Positions 59,623 through 64,000 of a stretch of DNA of 64,000 nucleotides are shown piece after piece. This stretch comes from Lachnospiraceae bacterium (GTDB taxonomy: Bacteria; Bacillota; Clostridia; Lachnospirales; Lachnospiraceae). Within the stretch, counting starts at the first letter, position 1. Every line of letters starts with the position of its first letter. Location of the stretch: NCBI GenBank assembly GCA_024403515.1, contig JAKSRS010000002.1:22388-86387 (forward strand), read 5' to 3'. The notes under the pieces were generated by a model that did not search any database, was not told where the DNA came from, and was given only the letters and a program-made list of their open reading frames with translations. The position numbers and the translations under genes were made by a program.

Positions 59623-60952
59623 AATATACTCCATTTGTTTCAAGAGAAATATCGATTCCGTCGGAAGTTAACTGCTTTACAAAACACTGCTGAATGTCGA
59701 CATTTCTAAGAATAGAACTGAATGTAACATTCATAGTATCATCGTAAGAGCATATAGTTGCTTTTATGTACTGGCCCTTTGACATGGAAAGGATGGCAAA
59801 GAAGTCACTTACATATTTTTTGTATGCTTCATCAACCTTGATATTACCGATGTTTGTCATTGTGGTTGAATTTGCAAGGGCTGATCTTGAATAAACAATT
59901 CTCATCGCGATATTTTTAAGGAACATTGGCATGCTCTTTAAAAAGACGTTCTTTTGATTAGAAACATTATATGAAAAAATTGATTCAAGATGGTCTTTAC
60001 TCATCTGAGCTCTTAAACCTTCGTTGGTCTTAGCAATTATTTCTTCAAAAGTATGATCTTCCTTCCATGTTGAAAATTCGGCTGAAATCATTACGAAGAA
60101 ATTTTTAACCGTAACAGATTCAAAGTAAGAGCGTAAATTCACCGGCACAGCAATACGGATGTCTTTTTTGGATAAAGCTCCGTGAAGGCAGGCACGGTAA
60201 ATACTGTACATGTATACGCCTACAAGGTATTCGTTGATACTTGAACCGTATTTGTGAGCAGCAGCTTTTAACTGCGCAAGATTCATCTTGCAGGTAATAA
60301 CGCCTAACTGGTTATCTCTTAGCTTTTCACCCTTAATTGTATAAGCCTTGCTGGTAACGTATTTGGGTTTGGAGCTTTTCTTGTAGTTTCTAAGGAAACT
60401 GTCTTCCTGATTCATACTGGTTCCGCTCGTAAGGCCTGAACCGGTCACCGCTTCAATTTCAGGATGAGCAAGCCTCAAATAGTGGTACACAAGTTCCTTT
60501 AAGAAGCTGATACCACCCATTCCATCGGCAAGAACGTGGAAAACTTCGATATTGATTCGATTCTTATAATATGAAACTGTAAAAAGATAGTCTCTGTTGA
60601 ATTTAGAATGAATAAAACGACAGGGATAACCGTTTTCGGCACGAACTGCAGGTGCTTTACGGCCATTCTCCTCAAAGTAGTTCCAAAAGAAGCCTTTTCT
60701 AAGACGAACATTAAAAGGCTCATATAGGGGAAGCAGTGTATCGAGTGCTGACTGGAGTAAAACAGGATTTACATCCTCGGTCAAGCTGGCACTGATTCTA
60801 TAGGTGTTACTCATTCTTTCACCTGCGATAACAGGGAAAAGATGAGCGGAGTTGTCGAGTCGCTGCCATCTTAGATATTTAAGTCTGACACTTTCTCCGT
60901 TGCGATTCTTCTGCTTTTTGTTTTTTGACTTAAGTTCTTTATCTTTTTTCAT
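59615..60952 (-). CDS. CoA-dependent acyltransferase (alcohol acetyltransferase/CAT-like fold)
   Basis: LDNSAHLF, FHVLADG (HxxxD), PVNLR..F. Confidence 0.8.
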   Translation of the reverse strand: MKKDKELKSKNKKQKNRNGESVRLKYLRWQRLDNSAHLFPVIAGERMSNTYRISASLTEDVNPVLLQSALDTLLPLYEPFNVRLRKGFFWNYFEENGRKAPAVRAENGYPCRFIHSKFNRDYLFTVSYYKNRINIEVFHVLADGMGGISFLKELVYHYLRLAHPEIEAVTGSGLTSGTSMNQEDSFLRNYKKSSKPKYVTSKAYTIKGEKLRDNQLGVITCKMNLAQLKAAAHKYGSSINEYLVGVYMYSIYRACLHGALSKKDIRIAVPVNLRSYFESVTVKNFFVMISAEFSTWKEDHTFEEIIAKTNEGLRAQMSKDHLESIFSYNVSNQKNVFLKSMPMFLKNIAMRIVYSRSALANSTTMTNIGNIKVDEAYKKYVSDFFAILSMSKGQYIKATICSYDDTMNVTFSSILRNVDIQQCFVKQLTSDGIDISLETNGVYYG

Positions 60953-61062
60953 GGTAAATATTTTAACATTTTACCCATATCAAATCAATTAACATAGACG
61001 GATGAGAATTCTTATTATAAAATTAACTTTGGCTTAACATGCCAAGTAAAGAGACGGAGCGA

Positions 61063-62649
61063 ATGATGAAAATAAAACTATTTAAGAATTTCAGGGAAAC
61101 GGCCTGTGTTCTTATATTTTCTTTCTTATTTTTATTTATTAATATAACGACTACTTGTCTTCAAAAATCCGCCCACCTTTCGGGGAAGACGGTCTTAATC
61201 TCTTTGCTTATAAGCATAGTGGCAGGTCTTTTACTTTCAGAATGCCTGCTAAGACTTAAGGGGCTTATAAAAGTAAAGAAATTTGAAGGCTTCAAGGATT
61301 CAGAAAGTGATGCACTTTATTTTCTTTTTGTAGGGCTGATAATATTTGTCCTTTGGATTCCTGTTTTTTTGGCTTTTTATCCCGGCTTCTTTGCATACGA
61401 TGTTATGGCGCAGATTGCCCAGGTTAAAACAGGAGAATATTCAACTCACCACCCGCTTTTACACACCTTAGGCCTTGGTTTTTTCTATGAAACCATTGGC
61501 GGAAAACTTTTAAAAGATTACACGAAGGGTATAGCGCTGGCATCAATATTTCAGATGCTTACCTTTTCTTTTCAGTTATCTTACATACATCTTTTCCTGA
61601 AAAGAGCCAAAACTTCAAAACTTATGCGGGGTATCCTGATTGCCTTTTGCGGCATTTGCCCTTTCTTTTCAATGCTTGCAATCTCCATGACCAAAGATAC
61701 GGTCTTTGCAGGCTTTTTGGGAATGCTTTTAGCTTCGGTAGCGTATTTTGAAATGGATTATGATTATTCGGTTAAAAGTAAGTCAGTCAAAATCCCATTT
61801 ATGCTATCATTTGTTGGAACTGCACTTTTTAGGTCCAATGGAAGAATTGCCGTCTGGGTTTTGACAGTCCTTCTTTTGATAAAATATATAAGTCAAAAGA
61901 AAAAGCATATAGTAATCCTTGGCATAATCTCGGTTTTGATTAGTGAAGCCTTGTTTTGTGGGATTAAGCTTACACTTAAAGCGTCTGCACCATCGCAGAC
62001 TGAGATGCTTTCCATCCCGCTTCAGCAGATGGCTTTTGTATATGAATTAAACTATGATACGCTTTCTTTAGAAGATAAAAATACTATAGAAATGCTGATT
62101 CCGGAGGTTATAAATTACAATAGAATCATAAGTGATCCCATAAAGTTTACTGCGGATTACCTTGATAATAAGGATATCTTCTGGAAGACATATTTAAAAC
62201 TGTTTGCAGGGCATCCGAGACAGTATGTGGAAGCCTTCCTTGAAAACAATTTAGGTTTTCTGTGTATTCTTGATAAAACAAATGCAACGGTTTACGGTAC
62301 AGGCTATGAAAGACGAAGAGGCTTTTTGATGGCCTACACCAGAGATGGCTACGGTGTTGAAGCTAAAAGCCGCCTGAAACCTTTAGAAGATTTGTATTTA
62401 AAGCTTTATTGTGAAAATGATTATCAGAAGAACCTACTGACATTTCTTCCCTGTTCCATGGGACTGTATTTTTGGTTAATTGTTCTTTCTGTATTTTTAA
62501 TGATAGATAAAAAAGCCAAGCGTGCGGCTTCGGTGCTTTTTATTCTTGCACTTGGGGCAACGACCCTTTTGGGCCCCTGTGCTATTATAAGATATATGCT
62601 TCCGTATGTTGTCTGCCTTCCGGTTCTTTGGACAGAGGCATTAAAATGA
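61063..62649 (+). CDS. Polytopic membrane protein (DUF6020-like, probable GT-C fold)
   Basis: YPG...YD..AQ......STHHP.LHT, TKDTVF, RSNG, RY..P; GGAG RBS before ATG 61063. Confidence 0.7.
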   Translation: MMKIKLFKNFRETACVLIFSFLFLFINITTTCLQKSAHLSGKTVLISLLISIVAGLLLSECLLRLKGLIKVKKFEGFKDSESDALYFLFVGLIIFVLWIPVFLAFYPGFFAYDVMAQIAQVKTGEYSTHHPLLHTLGLGFFYETIGGKLLKDYTKGIALASIFQMLTFSFQLSYIHLFLKRAKTSKLMRGILIAFCGICPFFSMLAISMTKDTVFAGFLGMLLASVAYFEMDYDYSVKSKSVKIPFMLSFVGTALFRSNGRIAVWVLTVLLLIKYISQKKKHIVILGIISVLISEALFCGIKLTLKASAPSQTEMLSIPLQQMAFVYELNYDTLSLEDKNTIEMLIPEVINYNRIISDPIKFTADYLDNKDIFWKTYLKLFAGHPRQYVEAFLENNLGFLCILDKTNATVYGTGYERRRGFLMAYTRDGYGVEAKSRLKPLEDLYLKLYCENDYQKNLLTFLPCSMGLYFWLIVLSVFLMIDKKAKRAASVLFILALGATTLLGPCAIIRYMLPYVVCLPVLWTEALK

Positions 62650-62671
62650 TACGGATATTTAGTGGAGTTTT

Positions 62672-64000
62672 ATGAAAGACGTTTTTATTTCTTTTTCATC
62701 CCAAAACATGGATGAGGCAGTACGAATATGTGACTTTCTTGAAAGTAGTTTATATTCTTGCTTTCTTGCATCAAGAGACATTACTCCCGGGGCGGAGTAT
62801 GCATCGCAACTAGTCGAGCAGTTAAGTGGCGCAAAGTGTCTTGTACTGCTTTTATCAGTTGCGGCCAACGAGTCGCCTCATGTGTTGCGCGAAATTGAAT
62901 ACTGTGTAAGCCACCGTATTCCCATAATTGTTTATCCTCTCGAGGAAGTTAAACTGAGTAAGTCTTTGGAGTACTTTCTTATGACTCACCAGTGGCTTTC
63001 AATGGATTCAAATAAGGATGAAAGACTTATAGAAAGTCTTGAGAGACTTTTTTGTGCGGAAAATAAGGCTTCAGGCGAAAACTCGAATGATACAAATGCT
63101 AAAAGCCCTGTGGAAAGCGTTTCGGTTTCATTAACTGATGACGAAGGTGCTAAAGATAAAAGCTTCTACGACGAGATGATTCGAAATACCAAGAAAGCTT
63201 ACGGCAAGGCCTTTCTTCTTATGATACTGGTGGTCATCCTTCTTTTTGGGGCAATGTTTTATAGGTACATTCTTCCTGATATTAAAAATTCAGGCGTAGC
63301 TTCCACAAACGATTCCGCCGTTACGTCAGGGACTGATAATTTAGCGGTAAAAGAAGTTAAACTTTCCGATACAATCACTTTCGGTCGATATAATGACGAG
63401 GATATCGATTGGAGAGTAATTCACATAAACGACGACGGCTCGGCAGTGCTGCTTTCATCGCAGATTCTTACAATTAAGGCCTTTGACACTGCTGAAGGCG
63501 GTAAGTACAACGACTACGATGGTGTCGACTACTGGTCATACGAAAATCACATAATAGACGATCCCGCCATTCGTATAATGGCAAGGGGCAACAATGACTG
63601 GAGCCTTTCCAATATAAGAACCTGGCTAAACAGCGACAAAGAGGTGGTTGAATACAATGACCAGGCTCCAACCAAATCCGCAAGCTGTGTCGGTGAAAAC
63701 TTCTACAGTAACGAACCGGGCTTTTTATTTGCTTTTACAGATGGGGAAAAAGAAGCAATTCTGGTTACTCATAATGAAACTATAGGAAACTGCTTTTCAA
63801 ATGATGGAAAGGGCGGTAGTGTCCTTAGCGATGATTTGGTGTATCTTTTAAGTGAAAAAGAACTTTCCTACTTAAAGGATGCAGGTATTTCAATATATGC
63901 TTCAGTAACGGATAAGGCGGCTTTGGCCGATACATCGGGCTCTGTTAAGTCATTTAATGATATACACGGAATCAGTAATTACTACTGGTGGCTAAGAGAT
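62672..64000 (+). CDS. TIR-domain, single-TM, extracellular DUF6273-like domain protein, 3'-partial (absent from the ORF track)
   Basis: Hand translation: MKDVFISFSS...RDITPGAEYA...SPHVLREIEY (TIR); TM FLLMILVVILLFGAMF at about 63212-63260; then ITFGRY....IDWRV..., W..SNIRTWLN, VYLLS..E, YWWLR. Open to the window end. Confidence 0.85.
   Translation, partial: MKDVFISFSSQNMDEAVRICDFLESSLYSCFLASRDITPGAEYASQLVEQLSGAKCLVLLLSVAANESPHVLREIEYCVSHRIPIIVYPLEEVKLSKSLEYFLMTHQWLSMDSNKDERLIESLERLFCAENKASGENSNDTNAKSPVESVSVSLTDDEGAKDKSFYDEMIRNTKKAYGKAFLLMILVVILLFGAMFYRYILPDIKNSGVASTNDSAVTSGTDNLAVKEVKLSDTITFGRYNDEDIDWRVIHINDDGSAVLLSSQILTIKAFDTAEGGKYNDYDGVDYWSYENHIIDDPAIRIMARGNNDWSLSNIRTWLNSDKEVVEYNDQAPTKSASCVGENFYSNEPGFLFAFTDGEKEAILVTHNETIGNCFSNDGKGGSVLSDDLVYLLSEKELSYLKDAGISIYASVTDKAALADTSGSVKSFNDIHGISNYYWWLRD

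Overview
Bacterial chromosomal window from a low-GC Firmicute. The gene content (ChvE/MmsAB, LytS/YesN, DUF6020/DUF6273/DUF6320-type proteins, xylan enzymes) suggests a Lachnospiraceae or Butyrivibrio-like fibre degrader; this is inference. About 55 genes fall in five blocks. (1) 1-5.6 kb: a tandem CE1-type esterase that runs off the left edge, an aldo/keto reductase, a serine hydrolase and a MATE pump. (2) 5.7-20.1 kb: a visibly AT-richer glycan-biosynthesis island. It carries three copies of an uncharacterised two-gene module (about 135-aa protein plus about 420-aa GT-B/GT9-like protein) and a KdsB-like/DRE-TIM aldolase/HAD trio, and it has no flippase, polymerase or priming transferase. A CDP-alditol/LicD operon follows at 20.2-25 kb. 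(3) 25-30.5 kb: a Na+/solute symporter, an SGNH hydrolase, an Rpn (PD-(D/E)XK) nuclease with an apparent intragenic small-protein start, an OYE and an esterase. (4) 30.5-56.3 kb: a Gram-positive polysaccharide-utilisation region (GH120-like beta-helix, GH10, sensor SBP/HK/RR, ChvE-MmsAB, GH29, FucU, GH36, GH27, esterases). It includes what looks like an oxidative L-galactose pathway with a non-orthologous first dehydrogenase. (5) 56.3-64 kb: membrane and unknown genes, ending in a TIR-transmembrane-extracellular-domain protein that is missing from the ORF track because it runs off the right edge. I saw no rRNA, tRNA, CRISPR array or intact IS element. All family calls come from motif recognition by eye; no searches were run.
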